Shown here: positions 48,276-48,344 of the stretch, in pieces
Numbering within the stretch: position 1 is the first letter of the stretch
How the letters are laid out: each line of letters begins with the position of its first letter
DNA from: an uncultured Prevotella sp.
GTDB taxonomy: Bacteria; Bacteroidota; Bacteroidia; Bacteroidales; Bacteroidaceae
NCBI GenBank assembly: GCA_905372445.1
Contig: CAJPPF010000001.1
Span: 1 to 48,344, forward strand
DNA length: 48,344 bases
Reading direction: 5' to 3'
The notes under the pieces: model-generated
Seen by the model: only the letters and a program-made list of their open reading frames with translations
What the model was told of the DNA's origin: nothing
The model's database searches: none
Translations under genes and position numbers: made by a program

Positions 48276-48344
48276 CCCAAATCGATCATTAGATTCCTTG
48301 CCTGATTTCGTTTGATTGTTGAGCATATTAGCAGTCTTGTTACC
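48276..48344 (-). mobile_element. MITE A copy truncated by the window end
   Basis: CCCAAATCGATCATTAGATTCC...GATTGTTGAGCATATTAGCAGTCTTGTTACC. Confidence 0.85.

Overview
A 48.3-kb chromosomal segment of a Bacteroidales bacterium, probably Prevotella-like. The call rests on TAnnTTTG promoters and the gene order rsfS-ftsH-cdsA / lpxB-surE / parA-parB-DUF5683-mltD-rel / alaS / DUF3822-rsmD / parC-DUF3316-S41 / glyQS / ddh. The coding content is almost all housekeeping, plus tRNA-Gln(CTG) and tRNA-Leu(TAG). No CRISPR array, prophage or intact transposase was seen. The notable signal is intergenic: several interleaved non-autonomous mobile/repeat families. (A) A 193-bp MITE has 18-bp terminal inverted repeats and site-specific 5-bp target duplications, with 8 copies or fragments. 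(B) GTAG-type REP doublets (REPIN-like) occur at four sites. (C) A ~870-900-bp non-coding composite element with IS982-like ends is present twice in opposite orientation; it carries B in both copies and A in one, and abuts a decayed glycerophosphodiester phosphodiesterase pseudogene. (D) Periodic 22/23-bp palindrome arrays. Also seen: a 47-bp direct repeat bracketing a RhuM-Fic gene plus an IS1380-like left-end remnant, a 29-bp duplication of the gdhA 3' end (att-like scar), and a GH92 gene with a large internal deletion. Family assignments are by eye from remembered motifs; no database search was run, so novelty is unverified.
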